From Tubiluchus corallicola (taxonomy: Eukaryota; Animalia; Priapulida), in the NCBI GenBank assembly GCA_030141605.1, contig JAQGDQ010000097.1, positions 124,001 to 188,000 on the forward strand: a stretch of 64,000 nt of DNA, read 5' to 3'. The translations under genes were made by a program, and so were the position numbers. Shown in pieces: positions 1 through 12,168 of the stretch. Position 1 is the stretch's first letter; each line of letters opens with the position of its first letter. The notes beneath the pieces were generated by a model that did no database searches, was not told the origin of the DNA, and was given only the letters and a program-made list of their open reading frames with translations.

Positions 1-1173
1 GCCACATCGCTGACACATCCATGGCTTTGTCTTGGAATGTGTTTGCACGTGCGCACGCAAGTTGGACTTGTCAGCAAACGCTTTCTTGCACACGTGGCAT
101 TCGAAGGGTTTCTCTCCGGTGTGCGTGCGTATATGACCCTGCAGGAGCCACGGGCGGCTGAAGCACTTTCCGCAGTGTGGACACTTGCAGCCTTGATTAT
201 GCGTGCGCACGTGCATGCTGTATGCAGGCGTGGAGACGTACACCTTGTCACAGTGCGGACATTGTCGAGCGTTGCGATCTTGCGCACTCCGATGCGTTTG
301 ACGATGTCGCGCCAGGTTGCTCGACGTGCTGTACCGCTTGCCGCACTCCGGACACGCACAGCATTCAGTTCCGTCCACACTGTCGCCGCCCAGAGTTTCT
401 GGCGAGCTAGGGGGTGTTAACACGCTCCGCCAGGCATTGATTTCTGCTCCGACTTTGACTTGGTCATTTGGCACAGCCTTGTAATTTGGTGCAGGTTGAA
501 AAGAGCGAAGTTGCTTTTCAATAGCCCAGTCAAAGATGAAACCAACAATTGTACCTGCGGTAGTAAGGCGATCTTGATACACCGGCCAACTGATAACGTT
601 GGAACTTTGAAAAGTATGAAGTGGACTTGCTTCTGAAATAAAGAAAACAATGAATTTGTTGCAATAATGACAATGCCAGCCTAAGTAAATACAACGACAA
701 AGACTAGAACAACAGCTTTTAACGGCAGTAGCAGCAGCAGCGGCAAAAGCACAAGAGCAGTAACAAAGCAAGCAGTAGAACAGCTACAGAAAAAACAACC
801 ACAATAGCGCAATGACTAAGAAATGACTATACAGTTTGAAGATGATGTATAGTCTCCTGACTATTCTTACTGACCACTACAAGGGCTATCTTTTGCTTGG
901 TACAAAGAGAAAAATATGTTACGCTTTATAAAAATCAGTATAATAGCTTTAAATTACTATAAAGGAACAAACACTTATTGTTTTAGAATGAACAATTAAA
1001 GCAATAATGTAGGCCGCAGAAATGTAGACAATGTATAACACACATGCATTGAGTCGACACTAATGAATTTAGAACTATATACCTTGTTCAACCTGTCGCA
1101 ATCCAGTAGAACCAGTAATACAGCTTCTATTAGATTTATAGCGCTTATTGGTAATCAGGAATGATCGTGGCAT
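1..1173 (-). CDS. scrt: Scratch-family (Snail superfamily, ScratchB/Kahuli/CES-1-like) C2H2 zinc-finger transcription factor; 3' end lies outside the window
   Basis: Exon 1 1083-1173 encodes the SNAG-type start MPRSFLITNKRY... and ends G|GTATAT (phase 1). Exon 2 <1-632 follows TTTATTTCAG, in phase, and translates to ...CPECGKRYSTSSNLARHRQTH...CPHCDKVYVSTPAYSMHVRTHNQGCKCPHCGKCFSRPWLLQGHIRTHTGEKPFECHVCKKAFADKSNLRAHVQTHSKTKPWMCQRCG. That is four full fingers plus the start of a fifth, with the FSRPWLLQGH Snail/Scratch signature. Confidence 0.93.
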
Positions 1174-1829
1174 GCTTCCAGTTCAAGGCGCAAAACAGAA
1201 TGCCAGCCAACAGTCACCCCAGCAGAGCGCAGTGCCAGATTATTCGCATTCCTCGACTCTATGTGGTCTTCTCTTTTAAACAGCCGACTCGGGTTTCCTT
1301 CAGCATATGGTCTCTCCCGGGATCGGGCCGTGTGATATCCTACAGATGACCACTGACGCGTGCCAGCGATTCCAAACGATTTTTTACATCGCTTCATGCA
1401 GCTGGAAGCTCACGTTACTGTCTCGGTTGGCTGCTGGTGGTTTAGGGTGTCCTGCTCAGATGTTATCCAGACGTTATCAGAGAAACAAAGGAGGCGAAGA
1501 GAACTACTTGCCAGACAGTTGGGAGTTTGTTGGTAACTTTTACAGTAGCCAAATGAATTTATAGCTCTTCTTTTTATTGGTTGATTAGAAGGTAATTCAC
1601 CAGTCGGCATTTCATGGCTTAGCAGATTGACTGTCCGACCAAGCAACCAGTCGAATAACTAGGTCATCCATTTATTTCAGTAGCTATTTACGTAGCCAGC
1701 CATCCTTAGAATTTGGCCAATTAAGTGACCAACGTAAATCTATATGATTAACACATATAAGCAGCCGGCTAACAATCAGATTAACCAACTAATTGCCAAT
1801 CATCTAATCGCTCGAAAACAAACTGACAA

Positions 1830-2210
1830 ATAAACAAACAAACAAACAAATCAATCAATCAGTCAACGAACTAACTTACCAATCATTTAACCCATCGACT
1901 GACCGACCAATAGACCGACCAATCAACCAACCAATTAACCAGCAAACCAACCAACCAGCCGACCGACCAACGAACGAACGAACGACCAACCAACCAACCA
2001 ACCAACCAACCAACCAACAAACAAACAAACAAACAAACAAACAGACAAACAAACAGACAAACAAACAAACAAGCAAACAAATAAATAGACAAACAAACAA
2101 ACAAACCAATAAACCAACCTACCAGACAATCAACCAAACAAACAAACACACATGCACACAGCCAACCAAACAAACAAACAATCGAACAAACAAATAAATA
2201 AATAAAAAAA
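1830..2210. repeat. Compound tetranucleotide microsatellite (CAAA/CAAC/CAAT/CGAC)n
   Basis: Visible runs of AAAC, CAAC and variants; explains the low-complexity ORFs at 1876-2230. Confidence 0.9.
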
Positions 2211-2454
2211 AAAAAAAATAACGAAATCACATACCTTCTCCTGAGAGGTAAAAATAATTAAAATAATTATCCGTTATCAGTAACCCTAAACTTTTATTTT
2301 ATTTAGTGTGTAATTTTTTTCCTATTTTTCCATTAGTGCCCTTTTTTGTGCCATTTTTTCCATGCCATTGTGCCTGTGTTATTTTTACCTGTTCCATTTT
2401 TACTGTGCACCAAGAGAAAGTGCATAAGACTGCTCAGAGCCGTTTGATGCAAAA

Positions 2455-2640
2455 CAACCAATAAGGCACCAACCAAACAACTAACCAACCAACAAACCGA
2501 CCAATCAGCTAGCCAAACAACCTTCCAACCTCCCAGCCAGTCAACCAACCAACCAAACAACCGATCAACCAACCGACCGACCGACTGATCAACCCAACCA
2601 ACCAACCAACCACTAATCAACATCAAACCAACCAACCAGC
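2455..2640. repeat. Degenerate (CAAC)n microsatellite
   Basis: Imperfect CAAC/CGAC runs; a similar degenerate tract lies at about 30200-30390. Confidence 0.8.
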
Positions 2641-2861
2641 TGTAGCGACCGTATTTGAGGTCGTTATTCGGATAGAGTGCGAACTCGGGACTTTTGAAAC
2701 CTCTAAAAAGACATATTCTGGAAAACTATACTTAGTAGAATGTCCTAAAATGCTATTCTGTACGCCATATTGGGTGAGAGGGACAGTGACGTAATTTGAC
2801 ATCAGCCTGAAATCTTTCTGGGGCCATACTGGTTCTTATAGTACACGACATTTGGGAGTAC

Positions 2862-3109
2862 GCTGCAGCATGGTTGATCAGACGGTTAGTGGCAACGCGC
2901 CTGCTTTCCGTCTGGAAGGTCGTGAGTTCGGGAGGCCGTGTCATATCATAGACTTAAAAAAAATGGTACCTGTTGCCGTGCCTGGCGCGTGACATTTAGG
3001 TAAAAGTGGAGCAATAATAATCTCTCTTACGTTGTTGTAGATTGGTATTTACAGTCGGCTATTGTAGCTCTTTGAGCTAATGTTAATTGTTCATCCAAAA
3101 GCCGACTTT

Positions 3110-3110
<1 letters not shown>
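2862..3110 (+). mobile_element. tRNA-derived SINE with a MetaSINE-like central domain, copy 1
   Basis: Pol III A/B-box-like head (TCAGACGGTTAG...GTGAGTTCG), then GTCATATCATAGACTTAAAAAAAATGGTACC, ending in an (AAT)/(TAT)n tail; a related copy lies at about 21830-22040. Confidence 0.65.
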
Positions 3111-3290
<180 letters not shown>

Positions 3291-3679
3291 AATTGCACGT
3301 AGGCGCGTATAAAAACAGACACATAGACGAATTTTCATCTTTATACTACTCTATATACTATATACTCTATGTACTCCATTTAACAATGCCCCATTTAATA
3401 CCTCTAATGCAGTGCAATCATTCGTTTTATGCTTTTCAAAGCGTGTGATAATAAACGATGACTCTAATATCAATACGTCGCTCAGTAACTGAAAAGTATA
3501 AATTCATTATTAAGATAATTATTGATTTTTGACTGTTGAGTGTATTGAATGATAAGTTACAATGTGCAGATTGCTGCTTAGGAAAGTCAGCTCATCACTT
3601 AGCCAGTGAAACGATACGATTAGTCTGTGTACGACTCAACCGACTGATTACTTAGTGCAGTAATGACAGGAATTACAGA

Positions 3680-5464
3680 ATGACAGAAATTAAATTGAAA
3701 ATAAGTTCATTCTATGTTTTAATTGCGGTTGTATTTATATATAGAGGTAAGTTGAGTGAAGACCAACTATGATGGGCGTATGATAAACATGCGATTATAT
3801 GAGAAGTTTGCATGGTATTATTTATTGAAATTTGCAAAATAATTCGCAGTTATGTAGCAAGTTGTGAAAAGCCCTAATAATTATCACATTTAACTTAGAA
3901 TTAGAAGTTTATCGAATAAAGTACTTTGACTAACTTAGTTCATTTAGTTGCAGTTATATCAGTTTGATGAAATTTTGTGTATTTTATCACAAATAATGCT
4001 GTCATTTGGTGCCATATCCTCGAACATCAGAATACTTATGACTAGTGAAAGATTTGTCTATTTAATGTTGATTTCGAAAAAATGACCACTTTCCTAATAG
4101 GCAGGATTTTGCGGTGCGGAACTGACTTCACCTAGACGGTGTCTAATGTCAACGAAAAGTTCCACAGTTTAAAAAAAGAAGAAACGTCCACAGCAGCTTA
4201 TCACTTTTATTATCACGTGAAAGATAAAAAAGGGAAAAATCTTATGAAATTGCTGAATATTAACATTTTTGTTTTTTTATATTATTGGCACATATAAAAA
4301 ATATCACATTTAAAAAGGACACTATCACTTTTTGAGATTTTCTCTCTTTTTTAATCTTTCACCTGAATTTAAAAAAAAGCTCAGCGGTGGTTTCAACTCG
4401 CTTTTTCTCAATTTTGGGACTTTTCATTAATTGTACTTATTCTTGGCATTGGGAATTAAATGTGCGTTAGTGTCTACTGACGCAGTTTTTTGTTATAATT
4501 CAGGGACTCGTAATATTATGTTAAGAGACATGAAGGTGCAATTCCTGCAGTGTACGGCAGTTTGTGAAGAACATAATTAATTTCTATTGGTGTGATTTTT
4601 TTGTTTAGAAATTGAGTTTAATCAGCTTTGTTAAGTATTATTTTTAGTGACGGTGCTAATTAAGTTTTGATACCAAAGTTGGATAAAAACGTTAACATAC
4701 AGCTTGGATTTGAACCGGGGACTTTGTGGTTATAAGGTGGGAATCGTTATTAGCAATCCTGGCATTAAGATTATAATAATGAATGAATTAATTAATTTTT
4801 CACGGAAATTTTAGGCTCAAAATAATCAAAATAAAAAAAATCTAATTAGTTAGAACCACTTTGTGCTAGAAATAGTTGACCAGCTATAAAATGGATCACC
4901 GGAGAACTGGGATACCTAGTGGTCTAAGGTATCTGCTAGGTATAAGGCATAAACATTAGAAAGTACCCGTGTTCTATCCAGGCTGATTTCCAACTTTTCC
5001 ACATTTCTTGTCTTTTAAAGATTGGTGTCAAAAATTAATTAACTGTGGGCTTGTACTATAAGATTATTCGTGATTTAACTTATTTTGCATAAGTGTAATT
5101 TTGCATAACGTGAAGGTGAAGCGCAGAACACAAAGGAGTGGGAGCGACTGTCAGAATACGATGACAGAGAATTCTCCAACGTTTTAGTACTTGGGACAAT
5201 CACAACACGCAGCTTGCTAGAATGCACAGCAATGTGCCAACAAAGTGCATGCTGCAAGGCCTACAGCTATGGCGATGATGCTGGCAATATTTGTAAACTT
5301 TTACGTGGTATTGACACTGGTGCAGTGTCAGCAGGAAATGGTTTCACGTACTACGTACCGGTGGAGACTAGTAAGTTTTTTTTAGCAAAAGTGAAACAAA
5401 GATTTAAAATTCAAAGTTAACAGAACAGCTCGCTCCAGCAACAACATATTATTGTTGTTGTTGT

Positions 5465-5504
<40 letters not shown>

Positions 5505-8319
5505 GTTTTTGTTGTTGTTATTCTGCTTTTTATTATTATTATTGTTATTATATGCAATAGCTAATCAATTCTCTTCATGAACGTGCATTTACAATAAAAA
5601 TCATTGTTGTAATCTTTCAAATCATTCTGTCTCCATACATATCTTCAGATAGATTCTGTCTAACAAATATTTGTCTATTGTTAGGTAAATCACTATAAAA
5701 TGTTGAGTTTTGGAAAAGGGATTGAAAAATTAGTAAACGAATGATCAAGCAATGTTTCGCATTCTTTTCAAATGCTAAAGTGTTTTAGGATGTTTGTTTC
5801 CCGGCGAAGTAAACAGTAGAGTTAACCTTGGTACCACGAATGATATCATAGGAGAAAGTTCTGTCACGTGGTCTAGCAACAAAGATCCCTTTCATTCGTA
5901 CAATCTTATAGAGATAGGTGGTTGGTCAGCTTTTTGCCATGACTTGATATACGGAAGTGACAGCTGGATCCAGGTAATATTGTATAGCTGTTAAAACTAC
6001 AGCTAATTTTTGCTTATTTGTTTATTTGCCTCGCTTTACTTTGACAACTTCAAGTAGTTTTGTGTAAAAGAACGTCTTGTACTGGTGAAGTGGTTAATCA
6101 TGCGGGTGGAAATTCACGCAGACAAAAAGACTAATTCACAACTATTTCTGCGCTAATGGAAGTGGTCATGCCTCACAGGGTGTCAGAACTTAACTAAACC
6201 CACTGCATCGCGTTCAAGAGCTAAAATGTAGTCAGACTGTTCTGCGATATTGGCTATAATTATTGCCGTAACCCAAATAGCGGCAGCGTACTCCTCCAAA
6301 ACTGACTAAAATCATAAAATGCCCTTACAAAGTTAAGGAACGTAGTAAATGCCTGTTTATGCTACCACCAAGACAATCGAAGACGCAAGACAAAACAAGA
6401 ATAGGAGCTATGCCCACGTTGTTACAAAAATAACCCAGCAGGCGCACATTTTAGGATGTCAACATCACCTCAGTTAACCCAGGGAAAGTATCACTCTTTC
6501 TCCACCCCATCCTGGCACTTTCTTATTTCCTTGGTAAGATGTTGCCGCCATCAGCTGTTTCTTAGCTCAGTCAGCTATTTGAAGATCTTTGCGCGCAAAG
6601 ACAATTATTATCTACAACAGCAACTATCCAAAACAATTTATTCCTAGTTTTAGAGTAGACTATTTAGGCTTCTTTCGAATACGCAAAAACTTTGTCTAAT
6701 TACATCTTGCATCTTGGAGGGACATTTATAGTTCTTTGGAAAGAAGAGAATTTGGAGAAATCGGGCTCAGCGATGATGCGCATCTCTTTTGCAAATGTCT
6801 TCACCAGGTTGAAGGGTTGCGAATTTACTTAGGCGGAACGTACCAATTTGCCAAATGATATTTTTAATCTCATAATGTTAATTTCGTTGCATTTTCACAG
6901 TTTAACCTAGGCGGAAGTCTTTCAGTAACAGGAGTTGTTCTACAAGGTCGAGGAAATACTGCAGAGTGGGTGACGTCATTTAAATTATCAGTCAGCAGCG
7001 ATGCTGTCACGTGGACCGATTACAAGGAGAACGGCCAAACTAAGGCAAGAGTAAAAGCAATTATGATTTTCTGTGCCGTCATTTTGACTTCAAGGCATTT
7101 ATTTCCAAGATGACGTCATTATTAAATACAGGAAAGAGCCAGCTTGCAAGGAATCTACGAGTGCAAGCGATCGTTCCGACACAAGTGTCATTGTGTAACA
7201 ACGAACACCAACCCAAAACTAGTCAGTATGGTTTTAGAGAAACCTTTTACTATGAATGTAATAACATGGGTGAGATGAGTCTGAGGCATATATACAAGCA
7301 GACTAGAATTCACTAATGAAGTGCGCTCGTTGGCGTCCGGAACCACACTGAGGTTTTGGCTCACGGTTCGGTTGGAGAATCTAAAGATTGTGATGACAAA
7401 ATGCAATGGCTTCCAGTTACACTTGTCAATGAGAGAAACTGAGCCAAAAGAAATAATTAGTGCATTTATGACACAACAATACCAAGGCACAAAAAGTCTT
7501 AACAATAACGAAAAGAGTGAAATTTAAGTACCACAGTACAAGCGGAATAAGTTAAAAAGAGGTGCTATAAAGAAAACACACAAAATATTTGTACTTTACA
7601 TATAAGATTCAGGCGAAGGTCACAACTACAGCTAACAGTTAATCCAAGCAAAACTGTAATTGGCTTTCAAATGATATTTTGTGCCTTGGTATTGCTGTGT
7701 CATAAATGTACTGATTATTTCTTTTGGCTTAATTTCTAGCATTGATGATGACACTTGTGTCCAAATGAACGTTTCCAGTCAGTAAACAACATGTTGAGTT
7801 TACTATTGTTAGTTAGTAGTGAAGAAACAAGTCACGTAAGCCTAAAAAAGTAACGTGATTGAGAAAGTAACAGTTTCTTCCAGGGCACTTTTAGGGTCCT
7901 CTGGATTTAATGGCAGTTGTGGTATGGCGGTGTATTGCTGCAGCGTTCAAGACTAAAAAGATTCTGGAGTTCCAAGAAAGAAAAGTGTTTATTGCATGAA
8001 AACAGTATACTACAGCTTTTTGGCCTAAGTATCAAGAAAATTACAACACAATAGCCATCCTATAGTTGACTGTACTGAGACTTTTGGAGGCTGACACCAA
8101 TCAGGAGATTAACATCTTTTTACGAAAATGCAGACTTGTTGGTCATTGTTATTGTTATTGTTTCAGGTTTTCGTAGGTAGTGCTGATCAACATTCAATCA
8201 CACAGTACAGTCTACACCCCGGAGTCTGTTCAGGTTATCTAAGATTCATTCCAGTAACATTTCATAGTCCTAAAAGGAATCGACCTTGCTACAGAATGGA
8301 TTTCATCTACTGCAGTTAG
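3680..8319 (+). CDS. Secreted PAN/Apple + discoidin (F5/8 type C) domain protein, paralogue A (267 aa predicted)
   Basis: Exons: 3680-3746 (signal-like MTEIKLKISSFYVLIAVVFIYR, GTAAGT donor); 5116-5370 (PAN: SLLECTAMCQQSACCKAYSY...CKLL...FTYY); 5789-5973 (CLFPG...GWSAFCH...WIQ); 6901-7044 (FNLGGSLSVTGVVLQGRGNTAEWVTSFKLSVSSDAVTW; donor AAG|GCAAGA); 8167-8319 (VFVGSADQHS...YLRFIP...RPCYRMDFIYCS*). Phases 1,1,0,0 join in frame for 804 nt. The exon 2 acceptor (GAAG) is the least certain boundary. Confidence 0.88.
5452..5550. repeat. (GTT)n/(ATT)n microsatellite in intron 2 of paralogue A
   Basis: Direct inspection. Confidence 0.9.
7426..7745. repeat. Inverted repeat with about 70-bp arms (foldback/MITE-like) in intron 4 of paralogue A
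   Basis: 7426-7494 (GAGCCAAAAGAAATAATTAGTGCATTTATGACACAACAATACCAAGGCACAAAA) is the near reverse complement of 7677-7745. Confidence 0.8.
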
Positions 8320-10270
8320 ACCGGGTGACGACCATGTGAAGCAATTGCGAGTGGAGTAGGCATCATGTGTCGAGAACACGAACACGTTTAGGACCAATCG
8401 CTTGAAACTAAGCGCCGCCAGGATTGCATTTTACAACCAACCAATCATACTTTTCCTGACATTCACTATTATTTTTTAAATAATACTCAGTATTTAAAAA
8501 TGTTTAATATTGGACAAGGATACTGTGATGGTCAGTTATATCACCCATCATTGTCGCAACACGGATTTTTATATATCTATCGTATGATGCCGTATGTGTA
8601 TAATTAATGATCTAATAACCTTATTGATTTATTGCACTGTTTATTCAAACCTATATAGCATTGCGTGTTTTTGTAAAATTTTGGCACTAGATGGCTCTGG
8701 CCGCTCATTTCTCTACTTACCTGTAATAAAGGTTACCTGAAATTCAAATATCAAATGTCTTCAACCTGTTTTAGGACCTTACTAGAGAGTTCGTGTTTTA
8801 CGTTAAATATTCTGATTGCCAAAGTTACAGGGTGGTGGAGTTTTGCAGGTTAGCCCACACCCTGAGGTTATTTTATATGACTGGACACCAAGCTTGGTAT
8901 GATCCTGTATTTAATGGCTCTCGTATGCAGTGAGATGACTTACGACAAAGACGATGGGTTTGCATACTTTTGTTTGCTCGTTGTTTGTTGTGATAACACT
9001 GTCTTGACATTCCAAGAGACAAGTGCTTTCTAACCATATTTCAACCACCAGAACAAGACTCAAATTCTCACTGGATAGTAGCGGAAACCTTCGTTGGGGA
9101 GCTGAAACCAGTCGAGGATCACATAATCGAAGTTCCACCAGGACTAATGATCTGTCTATTTGTCTGGACCAATGGTTGTGTTTGTCACTCGGCAAAACAA
9201 CGAAGTCTGGCTTTATTACGCGGAGTTCTGAGACAATTAGGCACGAGTTCAACCACTCGATTGCTGGAGCAGTTTCGAAGCGTGGTTCATACGAAGGCTG
9301 ATTGGTGACCATTGGCAAGGAGTTACTGGCGAGGACGTGTGTTTCACCAGTGACATCCACGTTGCCTACGCAAATAAATGAATATCCTGTAAATTTGGCG
9401 TATAAAAGTGGCGGAAACGCTCGAGAACCCTGAACACAGTACTCTGATTTACTAACATCCTGACAAGAAAAGGGGTATCTGAAGTAGGTTTCAGAAAAAA
9501 ATCGCCTTAAAAGATTATATCAGTTACAGCAATTTTATTCTTATAAAAATTATCGTACTCGCTTTGAAAGGAATTTTTGTTTGTTTTCATTTTAGACCTC
9601 CCGCAATACTATTCCGAGGTCGCCATTACATGACGTCACTACGCAAACGTAAATCAGGGGAAGAAAAGGTAATGTTAAATTATGTCCCAAAAAACTTTCC
9701 ATTCAAATCTATATAGTTTAGCTTTCGCTTACCTGGTGGAAAAACTTATGTGACTGGAAAAGAAAATTACTCCGTGGTGGCGGAAGGACTTTTGAAAAAA
9801 GTTTAAGGCTCAGTCACGAAACGTTACGTGAATAGTATGAATTCTGAATCGATTGAAGGACTGGGATTTTTGATCAGCCATTTAGAAACAAGTTGGTGAC
9901 CATAAAATCATTTTTGAAAAAGTCTTCGGTTCTGCTATTTTGCAATTGATCGTCATAAATCTTTATAAGAATATCCTAGAATGAATTAAACATTGACTGA
10001 AAGAAACAGAGTTTTGACCTGACGTCCTAGATTCAAGGAGCGATCATATAATTTGAAAAAATCCATCTATATGAATCCTATGTCATTTTCTAAAGAAAAC
10101 TTTAAAACCTAAAATCTAAACCTGTGAATGAACGCATTACAACAGATTTTGAATCAATAAGATGATGTTTCAATAAAAAGATTTATAAAAAAGTACGTAG
10201 TACAAAAAATCAAACCAAAGAATAGTTCATGTGAACGATACTCTTTAGTAAACTAAACAGGCCTTGGCAA

Positions 10271-10380
10271 ATGTTTTACTTCTCCACACAAAAGTGGATT
10301 AGGATTAGGATTAGTATTAGGCTTAAGGTTAGAATTTGGGTTGGAGTTAGGGTATTTATTTTGTACGGGGAAGTGTACAT
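10271..10380 (+). mobile_element. Short element with a degenerate (TTAGGG)-like core flanked by imperfect inverted repeats, copy 1
   Basis: Arms ACTTCTCCACACAAAA and TTTTGTACGGGGAAGT enclose TTAGGA/TTAGGC/TTAGGG variants; the same layout occurs inverted at 29996-30152. Confidence 0.6.
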
Positions 10381-11179
10381 CCGTTCCAGGCATTGTCTGT
10401 AAGTCAGGCGTCGGCTGGGTAACACCTCATCACTGTCAGAATAACGTTTTTTTGCATTGAAGCATCACCATAATATATTGCAAACAATAAAAATGTATTA
10501 CATAAAAACTCACAGTGCAGGGTATAATAGACTACAGAATAGAATACGATTTTTAACACATTAAATTGCACTATATTTATTCCTTTATTAATATTAATGA
10601 AACATTAATGGCATTCTAATTAAACGTATTAGCACATAAATAGATCAATATTAAATGTATGGGTTAATTAGTGCGACAACTAACGCAATAAGCACAGCAA
10701 TTTGTTGTAATTAATGAAATTAGATAACTTGTGATTAAAGTAACATCATTAGCAATTTATGAACATTTAACCACACTTACCACATGTTGCCACATCATAT
10801 TAGTGGCCCACAAATTACATTGAAGCAAATTCATCGTTTCCTCTATTAGCGATCAAAAAGATTATAACTTTATAGGCACTATGTTTAGGCGGCCTATAAG
10901 AGGGCATGTGACATGATTTAGATGGGTTTTTTCAAGGGTTCCATATTTGTAGGCACTCCAACTCAGAGAAATGGAGAGCCATGGCAAAGGGTATATGCAG
11001 TAGCTATATTTTTATGGAAGGACCCCTGTGTAATAACACTGAAGGCAGATCGGCTAAAAACAGAAACATTACGCAACTACACACATTTTTGTCATTAAGG
11101 AATTTTATTTATTTTATAGTGAATGAATGCACTTTAATTAATCTGTCGATTAATTGATTTATGAAATTCCACAAAACCG

Positions 11180-12121
11180 TTAAATGCCAGTCAAGCAATA
11201 GTTTAAGTCCAATCTATAGCAAGGTCTATTTTGCGGCGAAACAAATGTCATTGGTGTAAATCTGACATATTTTGCTTTTATTCCTGGATACAAGCTGTAT
11301 TCTCGCAAGGTATGTTGATTTGAAACTCCAGTGAAAATCTGAAAAATGAAAACAATTAATGTCTCAGAGGACAAGGTTGGTGTCTTTTCACAATTCACAT
11401 GCAGCCTGCAGACTGTAACTGAAAAAATTAACATTAAAAGTAAACCGGACGATTGATTAGACTCAAATCTCGTTTTTATTTACTATCCAAAATATACATT
11501 TTCTTGCCTATAAAAGTTTCTTACCAATTGTTTCTACTATTTCAATAATTACCTTGGAAACTTTATTAACGACAATCGAACACAGCTATCGTGTCCGTCA
11601 CAAACTAATCATGTTTGTGCAATGGTAGGTATCTTTCCTGCGCGTCATGCACGTTTGAGTAATCGAAGACGGAGAAGTGAAGTCACGAAAATAAGTTCTA
11701 TGTTGCACTGACGTCACAGACGAACACTGCAGTTCATGATCATGATGATGATGGTACCTCGCCTATTTGTCGGCCACACGAATGTGACAAAAAGGCGCCA
11801 TTGTCCGTCTTAGTGGATTCGCTGGGCTGCGCGTAGCTTTGAAAGTTATTTAATCTAAGCGATTTAAACTAAGCCTTGATTTATAGAAGTTGATGTACTT
11901 TTCAATTACGTACTTTATTTTGAACTAATGTCTACACAATCGTCCAGTTTTCCTTTAAATTTTAATTTTATGTCTTCATCTATAATTATTATGTAGAGTG
12001 TATGTACCCTATAGATTTCACATTTCAAACGTGTTTTATATTATGTTATTTCGAGATTAGGTAAGCGCTACATAACAATACCCAACGAAACCAAAACTTA
12101 GAGATGAAAAAGACGACTGAG

Positions 12122-12168
<47 letters not shown>

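Noticed and set aside
37-420. 127-aa plus-strand ORF
   Set aside because: Antisense shadow of the zinc-finger exon on the minus strand.
4700-4985. tRNA-like A/B-box fragments (also about 22445-22495 and 62560-62595)
   Set aside because: No complete cloverleaf; more likely decayed SINE heads than tRNA genes.
8911-9360. 149-aa minus-strand ORF and overlapping 92-aa plus-strand ORF between the paralogues
   Set aside because: No recognisable motif or convincing splice context; left uncalled.
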